DNA of 63,959 nucleotides, filler included, from Conidiobolus incongruus B7586 (taxonomy: Eukaryota): the NCBI GenBank assembly GCA_000697335.1. It is 9 parts of 9 records of this genome, joined end to end, with 100 filler letters (N's around TTAATTAATTAA, not from the genome) between each part and the next. Parts side by side here need not be neighbours in the genome. Positions count along the whole stretch, not along the records: positions 1 to 26,860 come from JNEM01007052.1; 8 more parts are not named here. One strand, 5' to 3'. Positions 1 through 12,347 of this stretch are shown piece by piece (the stretch's first letter is position 1; each line of letters opens with the position of its first letter). A model generated the notes under the pieces. The model saw only the letters and a list, made by a program, of their open reading frames with translations. It searched no databases and was not told the DNA's origin. The translations under genes were made by a program, and so were the position numbers.

Positions 1-3000
1 TAAAATTTATCAAAAATATAATTAAAAATTATGAATATTAAAAAAGAATTTTAATTTTTTATTATTTTTCCATTTTTGTAAATTAAATCTTAAAAAATTT
101 ATAAAAATTTGAATTTTTAAAAAATATCATAATAATTTAAAATTAAAAGAAATATTAAATATTTAGTTATTTCTATAAATTCAACATATTATTATTCAAT
201 TTTTTAATGAATTCTATTAATACAATTAAACTGGGGTCAAATAAAAATATTTTAATTATAATTTAATATTATTTCCAACTTAATAAAATTAAAAATTTTG
301 AATATGAATAAATAATTATTGGTATAATAAGTGAGTATTGAATGGTTTTTTAATAAATACTAGTTCTATTTTAGGACATTTGGAGATCTTAAGTCAAAAA
401 TTTTAAATAATCAATTTGAAGAATATTTTGATATTTTAAAAAAAATTCTTTCATTTATTATGATCATATACCATGTTCTTTCTAAAAATATAATTATTAT
501 ATCAAGGGAATATGATGCACCAAATATTTTTTTTTAATTTTTCCTATTTTATTATTAGGATTTATAATTCCGAAATTTCTCAAATGATATTTCCAATTAT
601 TTTAAACAAATATATAAATTAAATATATTACCTAATATTTATATAATTTTTATGCGGTAATTAATGTAATATTATTTGATTTAATTGATTTGTAACTAAT
701 TAATTTAAATAAGAAAATTTAAAACAATATCACAGAAAGTTATTTAATAGCAGTGATAATAAAATCTATTACAATATTTAATATATTGAAATCTAAGCAT
801 AATATTGAATAATGCAAAAATGAAAGCTTTAAAGAATATAATTTTTGATCGCTGTATTAATTTTTAAGATAATAAACATGTCGTCGAATTCAAGATAGTT
901 AATAAACAATTTTCACCACGTTCAATAATATTTCAACCTAAATTCTTTAATTAATTATTAAAATAGTAATATAAATTAACAAAATAATATTGTGTATAAT
1001 TAATTTAGAAAAAAATTAATCAAAATTAATTTGTACAAATATGATTCAGAATTTTTGAATTATTAAAACATTTACATCTTTATTAGTTTTAATTGATATT
1101 AGTTATAAACCAGTAGCGTGACATATAACATAATGAAAATACAATCAACTGCAATATTTATCAAAGTCAACAATATTAATGTATATTACTTAAAAACGAT
1201 AATATTATATAATCAAAATACTATATACTAATTACTAAGATATATATTTCGTCATTTGTAATTTCCAAGCTTCAATTTTTTTGTATATAGGTGAAATAAA
1301 TTAAAATCAAATTTATATAATAATTTGTTTCTTAATTTTTAGAATATGATCATATAATAAAATAGTTTTAAAAAGCTCAATTTGGTTGAGTATTGATATA
1401 CATAAATTTTTGATTGATATGATTTGAATACTGTTACTTATTTTTGAATATTTGAACTAATTCTACTACGCCTTTAAAACTATTAAATACTCGTTATATA
1501 TGTCAACAAAATATTAAAATTTTTATTCACCCACTATAAATTTGAATCATTCTATTTCAATTTAATCAATCATACCATTAAAAAATCAACTATTAACTCA
1601 ACAATTTAATTTATCAATAATATAAGGATGTTAAACCCTAAATACAATGATATCATCACTAATCGAACAATATGATAATAATTGGATGAATGGCTATGGG
1701 TGATAATTAAATATGAATGAAATGAGAATTATTTGAGAATACTTCGTCATTATTTCAACCTTTAAACATAATAAAATTTCATTGTATTATAAACGATAAT
1801 TTATATAATATTTTTAAATGAAAGTTATGATATAATTAATTCTATATTTGGTTTACTTTCGGAATATTTATATAAATTGGTAGATTTTGTTTTGTTTCTA
1901 GATTTATTATTAATGGGGAATTGAAATTAATGAAGATACCACTATAGTTTAATTTTGAAAAGTACATTTTATTAGTTTGTCCCCTCAAGTATTACTTACA
2001 CTGCCGTATGTACCTCTATATAAATCAATAAGGACTCCATCAAGATCTAAAATAAGCGATATTAATCAAAATTTAAAGTTTTACATCCAAGCAAGATTAA
2101 TACAAGCAATCCCAGGTTGGCTAGATATTCGGATGATGCAAAGAATTTCTAGATAATTGCCAATTGGATAATTTTCAAGTAAAAATCTGATTAAATTTCC
2201 AGTTAAATACTGGTTAAAATTATGTAAATTGGCACAAAATTTAGCTTAAAATTGGTTTTCATATTGCATTAGTACTGTTGTACAATAACCTTAATTTATT
2301 ATATTAAAAATTTAATTGTCGAAAGGTTATCAGTTGATAATAATTATAGTTTTAGAATTGGAATGTTATGTAAATTAAATTGAAATCAAAGAAACCAATT
2401 TTAAGAAAAATACAAGTCAAACAATACATCACCAGAGTGTGGTCACAGATGCGTGGCCAAATAGACACTATAAGAATATTCTAAATCAATGTATAGCTAA
2501 TCTAAATATATTCAATGATAAATTAAAATGCAACTAATAAACTTCAAGGTATCGTAAACTATACTATATATAAGATGGTCATTTTTAAGTTGATTAAGAA
2601 AACAGATTTTTTGAAAAGATTGGGAATTAAATGGATCTAAGTTATGAATGTTAGGATTAAGGATATAGAAAAAAAATAATATTTAATATAGTTAATTAAT
2701 TTCAAATTTAACCTATTAGATTATATTGTATACAAATCAAACAAAAAAATTAATTTATTAAATTCCGATAGATAAATTGAATTTTTTTTCAAAAATATGT
2801 GTGTTATGATAGATCTACAGATAATACAGATTTACAAAGTGATTAAAATCTATTTCATATTAACCTAAAGAATAATGAATAATTTTCAATTGAATATATT
2901 TACAAAGACTATCAAACTAACATGAATTCATATTAATTTCCCTTTAACTTAAGGAATTATCTTAATAATCAAAGATCTAAGATTATTATTAATTTCCTAA

Positions 3001-5447
3001 ATTATAAATTATATTAAAAATCTTTGTTTATATTTGAATATCGGTAAATTTAAGAAAATCTACCACAATTTTTAGAGTAGAATTCTTATCTAATAAAGTG
3101 AATAGCCTTTCGATAATATTTATATAAATTATCACAACAGCTATCATCATATTAGATAATATTTGATGAAATTTTGAAAATTATGAAATTTTACTTGGTT
3201 TAGTAAATTTGATAAATTTTTTGGTTTGTTTACAAGTTTATTGTTTAGAAGTTAAACATTTGCAGAAATTGAAACTGATTGAAATAATTACTAGCGAAAT
3301 TGGTGACATTGGATCGGAAGTGTATTTAGGTGAATTAATTTCTTTTTAGCTTTGTATGAAATACTTAATACTTGATTATAAGAAGAATAAAATGATTGAT
3401 AACAGTATATTAAATTATTAATAGCTTGTAAAATAAAGATGCAAAGTGAAAAAATACAAAAAGATCCTAATTTGGATTTCATATATTTACAGCCCCATAA
3501 CAACTCCCAAACTTTTATAAAACTAGAATTTTACCATACAAATCATCATCAAAATATTTTGATTTTCGCCGCATAATCGATACTACTAGATTTTTTTTAA
3601 TTCAAAACAATATTGTTTTACTTTGGATAAATATTTTCGGAGTAAATTATTTACATAAATTCAATATAACCCTGAAATATTTTTTAAACGTGGTTTACCT
3701 CTTTTAATTCTTATTATATATTATCATAAGTGATGATTAATATTACTAAAGTTTAAAAAACATTTCTTAACTTAATATTATCTTATAATTAATATATATA
3801 TACTTAAAAATAATCCTTTAACTATATCATGCATATTAATAATAAAACCATTGAATAATAACTCAAATATCAACAATTATACGTTCTAGAAAATTTCCTA
3901 AAGGCCCCCGCTTTAATATTTATTCAAATTTCAACTCAAATTAACTGAATTGAGTAAAGGGTACAATTTATGATGTTTTGATGGGTGGATACCTGAGTAA
4001 TAGTCATCAGAAATTTTTTAACATGTTAGGGAATTTGTTGCAATATTCATCACCATCCTTGAAATATTTTTGTAATTTAATTGCATAGTGTAAATAAACT
4101 GGAATAATTTCTTTAGTTTTTCACTTGGATTGAATTTTAAAGAATTCAACTCGGTTCTTGGATAAAGCTTTTACCACGTTTTTTGTTATTATTTTAGTTT
4201 TAAATTAATATTAAGCGTCTTTTTAATTAATACCATTAAAATATTATTAAAAAATCTTAGATTCACGTGGTAAAATTTTTAACAGAGCTTTTATAATATA
4301 AGAATATCAACAAAAATCAATATAATCAATATTCATACATCATGTTATTTTCCTATCAATTGAGATATTTATATTATTTTTTTTTTATAATTTAATATTA
4401 AATACAAAATAGTTAAAAATTAACATTCTTAAAATTTAGTTAAAAGATAAAATCGATAATCCATTATTATCAATATATCCTTAATTTAAGTATTATTAGC
4501 GATCAGATTAATATTAAAAAAAATATTATTTAGTGACATAAGACCTCAAAGGGAAATAATATTAGAATTATCACATATTTAATAAAAATTGAATTCTATT
4601 TAATTTTGAAGTATGACAGAATGGAATGTACTGGTTATGAGCACAAGGTTGAATTTGCCATAATTAGATTCTGGGTAGATTCATATCTTTGTAACGGGTA
4701 TGGGAGATTTGAGTTTAACTTGGATGATTTTATAAAGATGAATTAGTAGATGGTTTAGTACTATTAATTTTAAATGAATAGGGGTACTAGGAGCTCGTCA
4801 TGGACTAGAATACTGGGATGTTACTAGTTTAATGATATGAAGGGTCGTGGTATGATTTAGTGCGAGTGGATAGCATAAGATTGTACTATGATTTTATGCT
4901 GTTGTGTACATTAGCCAATTGATGCGGTGTAAATTAGTAATTGGAATGGGTGTAATGAAATCAGAGTAATGGCCGTAATAGATTAATGAAAATAATTAGT
5001 ATGATGTTAAAGGGATCGGATTCAGGATATCATAAATCCTATCTATGAATCATTTTTTGTTTAGCAATGAAATACAGATTCCTAGTATGAACTAAGAATA
5101 CGTCTGTATCCATTAGCCCAAACCAATATCAATCAACTAGATTGGATAAATGGGCCAATCACACGCAGTCTCAAAATCAATACCCCTTATTGAACGATTG
5201 TTTGGCAAAACCCCTCAAAACTTTTAATTTGCAATTAAACAACTGGAATCCTATAAATTAAGCTAGTTGTCCGCACTGTGAAATTATCTTCCTTAATTAC
5301 CAATTTGATTAATCGAGAGTTAGGGTGATCTTTACTAATTATTATTCGGCAAATTTTAATTAATTCATTTCTTTAACTCTTTCTTTTCACTTCTCCTGAT
5401 CATATAAAATACACATTAATATTTATTTAATTTAATATTTTAAAATA

Positions 5448-8400
5448 ATGAAGCCCTATAAACTGTCAGGTGCTTTTTTCATATCCGACTGGATCTATTT
5501 CTGGGTGTTCCGTCTCGTGTACCAGATCCGAAATACTGATCTCAAGAATATCAACCTCAAACTTGCCAACTCCGAAACTGCTAAAATCAACGGAGACGCC
5601 CTTGAAGAAGTATGGAAGCAAGAGTTAGCCAACAAGAATCGTCCCCCCAGCATTCTTAGAGCCCTCTTCAAGATCTACGGTGTAACTTACTCCTTAGTAG
5701 GTCTTTGGAAGTTACTTTGGGCTGTATTCACCTGGTTAGGCGCTTACTACTTCTTAATGAAGAGTTTAGATTTCTTATCCGACCCCACCAGACCTGCATC
5801 CGCCGGTCATTTATGGGCAATCGCTCTTCTCCTATCTTCATTATTCAGTTCCGTATCCATTCATCAACTTTATGGTCAATGTGCTCGTATCAGTATCCAG
5901 ATCAAATCCTCTTTAACTGTTTTAGTATATCGTAAATCACTCATGTTATTCCGCATTAAAGGTGGTGCTGGTGAAGTCATCAATATTCTCACTACTGATG
6001 TTTCAAGAGTTACTGATGCTGTTACCAACTTCCACTACCTCTGGTCCGCTTTTGTTGAAGCTACACTGATCATTGTATTATCATTCGTGTTAATTGGATA
6101 CTCTGCTTTTATTGCATTGGGTATCGTGCTTCTATTATTACCACTTCAAATGTATTTGGGCAGTTTAACATCCAAATTACAGGTTGATAATACCGAAGTA
6201 ACCACCCATCGTGTCCACTTAATGAGTGAAATCCTAACAGCCATCAAATTGATCAAATTCTACGCTTGGGAACAACCTTTCTCCAAGAAGATCAATGAAA
6301 TTCGTAAGAGAGAAGTCGAATTGGTCAAGAAGACCATGAAACTTAAGGCAATTAATTTTGCTGTCGTATTCGCCGTTCCTGTCGTTGTTGCCTTGTTATG
6401 TCTCGCTTGCTACCGCTACACCGGAAACCCATTGACTTCTAGTATTTCATTCACTGTGCTTTCAGTTTTCAACACTCTCCGTTATCCATTCTTGATGTTG
6501 CCCCTCTCTGTCAAGAGTTACGCCGGGTCCAAATTGGCTTTCGTGCGTTTAAATGATTTTTTCACTAGATTAGAAGTTGAAGGATTGAAGCCCTTGAACA
6601 AGGACGATGATCCTGACAATGCCATTGTGATTGAAAACTCCAGTTTCTCCTGGGAAGAATCCGATGACTATCCTTCATTCTTGAATGATTTATCTTTAAC
6701 TGTCAAGAAGGGTGAACTCGTTGCTGTCGTTGGCGATGTCGGTTCCGGTAAATCCACCCTTCTTGCTGCCCTTCTCGGTCAAATGCGTCAAACAAAAGGA
6801 TCTCCCACCAAAGTCTATGGTCAAATCTCTTATGTGCCTCAAGAAGCTTGGATTTTGAACATGTTACTCAAAGATAACATTGTGTTCGGAAAGGAATTCG
6901 ATCAAAAGCTCTATGATAAAACTATTTATGTTTCTGCTTTAACTAGAGATTTGGAACTTTTGGTTGCTGGTGATCAAACTGAAATTGCTGAACGTGGTTC
7001 CAATCTTTCCGGTGGCCAAAGACAACGTGTTTCCTTAGCTCGTGCTGTTTACAATGATGGTGATATTATTCTTTTGGATGATCCCCTCAGTGCTGTTGAT
7101 CAGAATGTCGGTCGTCACATTTTTGAAAAGTGTATCAAGGAACACTTCCATGATAAGACTGTTATCTTCGTTACCCATCAATTGCAATATCTTCCTCAGT
7201 GTGACCGTGTTATTGTGATGAAAGATGGTGTTATCTCCAAGATGGGCACTTTCGACCACTTGATGGCCACTGATTCCGAATTTGCTACTTTAATCACTTC
7301 TCATGTCGCTTCCGGTGAAGAAGGTGACGAAATTGAAATCGAACACCCTCCTGCCAATTCTACTGAAAAGTCTCAACCTGCTGCCGCTGTCATGAATCAA
7401 TTGACTGTCCAAGATCGTGCTCAACTCACTGTCCGCTCCGATGTCCGCGATATTAACGAATTGACTGTTTCTTCCCTCATTGAACGTAATCAACTCTCTG
7501 TTATTAGCAATGGTGGTAGATCACATGACGTTGCATCCACCATTCAACGTAACGAAGGAGCCATCCACTCCATGGTTGATGAAGCCTTGGTAAAGATTGC
7601 CGAAGAAAAGGCTGCTCCTGCTAAGGTTGAAGAAAAGGCCGCGGATTCCGACGGGCCTAAGAGCGGTGCTTTGGTTGAAGAAGATCGTTCTGCCACCAAG
7701 ATGGGTTTCAGAGATGTTGTCCTTTACATGACTGCTGGTTCTGGTATTCTCTTCTCTGCTTTCATTGGTATCTATTTCTTCTTTGTTCACTGCATTCGTA
7801 TCGCTTCCGATTTCTGGTTGAGATTATGGATTCCTAACACAATCAAGACCACTGATGCTGTCTATTTGGGTGTTTATGCTATTTTTGTTGTTTGCTTTAC
7901 ACTTGGTGTCCTTACTCGTGGTCTCCTCTTCGCTTATGAAGGTGCTAAGAAGGCTCACGTCCTCCACGATGATATGTTCCGCTCCGTTATGCGCGCTCCT
8001 ATGGGTTTCTTCGACACTACTCCCATTGGTCGTATCTTGTCCGCTTTTTCTAAGCATCAATTCTGTGTTGATGATACTATGCCCGATGCTCTTATGCAAT
8101 CTCTTCAATATGCTCCTCTTGCCCTTGGTGCTCTTGTTTTGATTTCAGCTGTCGTCATATGGTACAATTTTGTCTACATTGTTGGCTGGTTGATTCTCTC
8201 TGCTATCTTCGTATGGTACTCTAGCCCTGCTGAAACCAAATTGAAGCAACTTGATGCTATCACAAGACCTCCAATTTATGCTCACTTGACTGCTACCCTT
8301 GAAGGTCTTTTCAGTATCCGTGCCTACCACTGCCAAAAGCGATTTGACTCTTTGAACTTGAACTTGTTAGATGTCAATCACCAAAATCTCTATGCTTTGC

Positions 8401-9569
8401 AAACTACCAAGACCTGGGTTGCATTCTATCTCGACGTTGTATCATCATTCATTGTGTATGGTACTGCATTATTCATTGTCATCACAAGACCTGTAGGTAA
8501 TAGTCGTGCTGCCATTGTTGAAGCTAATGCCTTCTCTGCCAACGCTGGTCTCGCCCTCTCTAACGCCTTACAGATGCTTGTGTTCCTTCAGTGGACTATT
8601 AGAATGATTGGTGACGTTCAAGCTCAAATGAGTTCCGTTGGTCAGCTGGTGTACTACGGTAATGAAATCCCTGAGGAAGCTCCCGAAGAAATCCCTGAAA
8701 CTCGTCCCCCTGCCTCTTGGCCACCTCATGGTGTCATTGAATTCAAGAATATTGTCCTCAGATACCACAAACTCGGCGTTAATGTTCTCAAGAATGTCTC
8801 TTTCACCATCAATCCCAAGGAAAAGATTGGTATTGTCGGTCGTACTGGTTCAGGTAAATCCACCCTTTTGATTTCTCTTCTTCGTATTGTCGAAGCTGCT
8901 GAAGGTCAAATTTTGATTGATGGTGTTGATATCTCCAAGATTGGTCTCAGAGATCTCAGAACCAAGGTTGCCATCATTCCTCAAGAACCTGTTCTCTTCG
9001 TCGGTACCATCCGTTCCAATCTCGATCCTTTCAACAATTGTACCGATGAACAGATCTGGAAGGCTTTGAATTCTGTGCATCTTGGTGAGAAGATCAAGTC
9101 CATGCCCTCCCAATTGGATTCCGAAGTCATTGAAAACGGCAAGAACTTCTCTCTTGGTCAAAGACAATTGTTCTGTATTGCTCGTGCCATTTTGTCCAAC
9201 ACTAAGATTCTCGTCCTTGACGAAGCTACTGCTGCTATTGATATGGCCACCGATTTGTTGATCCAAAACGCCATCAAGGAGAACTTCTCCGAAATGACCG
9301 TTTTGACTATTGCCCACAGATTGAACACCATTATTGAAAGTGACAAAGTACTTGTCATGGACGGTGGTAAGGTTATGGAATTCGACGAACCCATCCGCCT
9401 CTTAGACAAACCTGACGGTGTGTTCGCCTCATTGGTTGCTCAAACGGGAGAAGCTACCAGTGCCAAATTGAGAGAAATTGCCCAAGAAGCTTCCAACGCT
9501 CGCAAGGCCGCCGGTAAAGCAGTCGATGGCAATCCTCTCAACCAAGTGTTCCAAAATCCCAACGAATAA
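5448..9569 (+). CDS. ABCC/MRP-type ABC transporter (TMD1-NBD1-TMD2-NBD2, no TMD0), apparently single exon
   Basis: 1373-aa ORF. NBD1 has Walker A GDVGSGKS, signature LSGGQRQR and Walker B ILLDD followed by PLSAVD. NBD2 has GRTGSGKS, FSLGQRQL and LVLDEATAAID. The ABCC motif FFDTTPIGRIL is present. Confidence 0.96.
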   Translation: MKPYKLSGAFFISDWIYFWVFRLVYQIRNTDLKNINLKLANSETAKINGDALEEVWKQELANKNRPPSILRALFKIYGVTYSLVGLWKLLWAVFTWLGAYYFLMKSLDFLSDPTRPASAGHLWAIALLLSSLFSSVSIHQLYGQCARISIQIKSSLTVLVYRKSLMLFRIKGGAGEVINILTTDVSRVTDAVTNFHYLWSAFVEATLIIVLSFVLIGYSAFIALGIVLLLLPLQMYLGSLTSKLQVDNTEVTTHRVHLMSEILTAIKLIKFYAWEQPFSKKINEIRKREVELVKKTMKLKAINFAVVFAVPVVVALLCLACYRYTGNPLTSSISFTVLSVFNTLRYPFLMLPLSVKSYAGSKLAFVRLNDFFTRLEVEGLKPLNKDDDPDNAIVIENSSFSWEESDDYPSFLNDLSLTVKKGELVAVVGDVGSGKSTLLAALLGQMRQTKGSPTKVYGQISYVPQEAWILNMLLKDNIVFGKEFDQKLYDKTIYVSALTRDLELLVAGDQTEIAERGSNLSGGQRQRVSLARAVYNDGDIILLDDPLSAVDQNVGRHIFEKCIKEHFHDKTVIFVTHQLQYLPQCDRVIVMKDGVISKMGTFDHLMATDSEFATLITSHVASGEEGDEIEIEHPPANSTEKSQPAAAVMNQLTVQDRAQLTVRSDVRDINELTVSSLIERNQLSVISNGGRSHDVASTIQRNEGAIHSMVDEALVKIAEEKAAPAKVEEKAADSDGPKSGALVEEDRSATKMGFRDVVLYMTAGSGILFSAFIGIYFFFVHCIRIASDFWLRLWIPNTIKTTDAVYLGVYAIFVVCFTLGVLTRGLLFAYEGAKKAHVLHDDMFRSVMRAPMGFFDTTPIGRILSAFSKHQFCVDDTMPDALMQSLQYAPLALGALVLISAVVIWYNFVYIVGWLILSAIFVWYSSPAETKLKQLDAITRPPIYAHLTATLEGLFSIRAYHCQKRFDSLNLNLLDVNHQNLYALQTTKTWVAFYLDVVSSFIVYGTALFIVITRPVGNSRAAIVEANAFSANAGLALSNALQMLVFLQWTIRMIGDVQAQMSSVGQLVYYGNEIPEEAPEEIPETRPPASWPPHGVIEFKNIVLRYHKLGVNVLKNVSFTINPKEKIGIVGRTGSGKSTLLISLLRIVEAAEGQILIDGVDISKIGLRDLRTKVAIIPQEPVLFVGTIRSNLDPFNNCTDEQIWKALNSVHLGEKIKSMPSQLDSEVIENGKNFSLGQRQLFCIARAILSNTKILVLDEATAAIDMATDLLIQNAIKENFSEMTVLTIAHRLNTIIESDKVLVMDGGKVMEFDEPIRLLDKPDGVFASLVAQTGEATSAKLREIAQEASNARKAAGKAVDGNPLNQVFQNPNE

Positions 9570-11886
9570 GTCTCAGCATCAATACTAATCCCTTTTTCGG
9601 TCATTTTGTAATATTATAACTATTTAATATTATTATTTTAATTTTAATCTTTCCATATATAATACAGTGTTTTAAAAATTATTAAAATTTTGATTTATTA
9701 ATAATTATTCCAAAGTTTTTTATTAATAAATAATTTTTTAATTATTTAAATTATACCTCGCTTTATAATATTTCACTTACATAGTTAATAGTAATACATA
9801 ATATTCTTCCACTTTTTATTATCATAATTTTGATTGAATAATACTATCAATATTGATAATCTTATAAATATACTATATTCACTACAATAATATTATTACA
9901 GACACAGTGACTTTTCCTTAATTTCAAATAAATACACATCACACAAAATACTAATTTAATGAGGGATTAACAATTTTTTTAGTGAGATTCCACCTTTTGT
10001 AACCTTACAATTCCTGCGTATTATATCCAAGGGAAATTTGGATTTTCACATAGTTGATTCTTTTTTGGATTATTTTTTGATTGATTATCTTTAATGTTTT
10101 TGTAGTGTTCTATCTGTGAATAATTAGTATTTTGATTTTGAAAATTATCTAATATACTTTTTACAATAAGAATTCAATAATATATCTCTCTTATATTATA
10201 GTTATGTTTCAATATAAATTAAATACTAACTTAAATCATTATTCAATATTCAAAAAAACAAATTTGATAAAAAAATTATCCAAATTCAATTGATTTACGC
10301 CAAATTAAATGATAATTAATTTTAGATATGCGAGAATTATTTTAATTGTTTTAATATTATCATGAAATAAAAACATCCAGATTTTCTGGTATATTGTGGT
10401 GGTTTATTAATGATTAATAATAGGTATGAATAATAGGCTATAGTACAATATTTTTTCAATTGACAATGATATCAATTACATGAATCACTAATACTAAATA
10501 CTAATTTAAATAAAAGAATTTTTATTTAAAGTGGAAATCATTATACCTACAATTTTTATAGAATTTGATACATCAAACTCTGCGAATGATATTGATCATA
10601 TTTCAAAAAGTTACAAAAGTTGATATTAGCTCCAAAATCTAATAAATTTCCCTTTATTAATATATATTATCATCATCAATTATAAACAAATTATCAAAAA
10701 TTAAATCCTGCCAATTGGCAATCTATTCATAATTTCCTTGTAATCAAATTTCATCCTGTTTTGAAACTTAAATTGCCATTGCATTTTAAAATATTATAAT
10801 GGCAAAAATAGCAATTAAAAAATTAAAATGATTTTTCATATACTTCATTAGTTAAATCATAACATTCATGATGTATACACATCTATATATCTTTGAAATT
10901 ATATCAAATCTAAGTCAATTCCTTATAATATCACTATCACCCAATTAGTTTGGAATTTGAAATTCTATGCCATCAAATATTGTGTTACAAGTGTTATTGA
11001 AATAATTCCTGAGATTATTAATTTATAAATTTTTATTAGATTAAATTAAGAACTAGGTCAATTGAATAATTAAACCTATTTCCAGCAATTAAGTTTGAGA
11101 GTATTAATTTTAATGAAATGATAAAATTGGATTAAATAATAAGATTGATAGATATGTTGAGAAATACTATTTATAATATAATTGAAAAAAAAACTATTTA
11201 AAATTTGAATTAAATTGATGAATAAATTGTAGAGAATTAAAAAAAAGTAAAAATATAAAAAAATAATTTTTAATTAATTATTATTAAAATTATGTTAAAT
11301 AATAAATTATGAAATATAATTGTTTGGAATAAAGAAAAAAATATTCAATATTATCAAATGTTTTGAAAATTTGATCTATATAGCTCTTGAAGTGTCATCG
11401 AGGACACCGACACAGCCATTCTTTAAGCCAAATTGTGAAGCATGGTACCTACTAACTGGGAATCACTTGTAAATGGGGCGTTGCAAAGAGCGATTTGACC
11501 AGTAGCAACAGTGACAATGTGGGGATTCGGCATGCTAAGAGGATGGAATCACAAAATATCAATAGGAACGAGTGTAAAATGAATAATGAAAGATGACACA
11601 AGCGGAACTATAGGCAGCTACTTGAGTATACCAAAAGCATGGTTTTTAGAAGTAGGATAAAGATTGATTTGTGTAAAAATGAGAGGAGAAAGAGTAAGAA
11701 GGAGAAGTCGTTCCTATAATTAAATAAAATATATAAATATAAGTATGCAACAACTGAGTAATAGTGAAGCGACTTAGACGTGGATTGGTAGAATGCAGAT
11801 AAGGCCCAATTTGGTTAATGAGGGACTTGGTAGGTAATTTGAGTTTGAAAAGATATGATCAGGTAACGATTGTTAAACTTACACAT

Positions 11887-11968
11887 GGACAGATGGCCGA
11901 GTGGTCTAAGGCGCCACGTTAAGGCCGTGGTCTCTTCGGAGGCGAGAGTTCGAACCTCTCTCTGTTCA
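11887..11968 (+). tRNA. tRNA-Leu(AAG)
   Basis: Folds fully: acceptor GGACAGA/TCTGTTC, D arm GCC-GAGTGGTCTAA-GGC, anticodon arm CCACG-TTAAGGC-CGTGG, long variable arm TCTC-TTCG-GAGG, T arm GAGAG-TTCGAAC-CTCTC. An oligo-T terminator follows. Confidence 0.97.
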
Positions 11969-12347
11969 TCCCAACTTTTTTCAATTCAGTACCTTTATAT
12001 TAATTTTGTTATTCAATCTTTTTAATTGTTTAAATAGCTAATTTATTATATTTATATCTAATCAATTAATTATTCTTCTGTCATAATTTATAATTAAATT
12101 TTTTTATCATTCATATTGATTTAATTAATTATTAATTATATTATTTAAAATTTAATTCTAATAATAATTCAAAAATAATTAGGATAAATATAAAATTAAA
12201 CTGAATATCATTGATTAATTAAAAACATAAAAACTAAATTTTTTTATTAAATATGATATAAAATTAATTTGTAGAATATATCATAGCTATAAAGTTATTA
12301 AATGTTTTGAAATGTAGGAGATGAGTGAAATAAATGATAATAAAAAA

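Noticed and set aside
4169..4275. 11-bp inverted repeat TTTTACCACGT/ACGTGGTAAAA (MITE or bHLH sites)
   Set aside because: Single occurrence with no clear TSD. It is too short to support either reading.
7035..9409. Many antisense and alternate-frame ORFs within the ABC gene (also in MIR1, POB3, APL5)
   Set aside because: Expected shadows of strong codon bias, with no recognisable domains.
11420..11540. RNase MRP/P, U17/snR30, SRP or selenoprotein identity for the 11.4-11.7 kb island
   Set aside because: A CR-V-like ACAATTTGGCTTA and an AAACCAT are present, but there is no matching CR-I, no proper m1/m2 hairpin, no SRP helix 8 and no recognisable SECIS.
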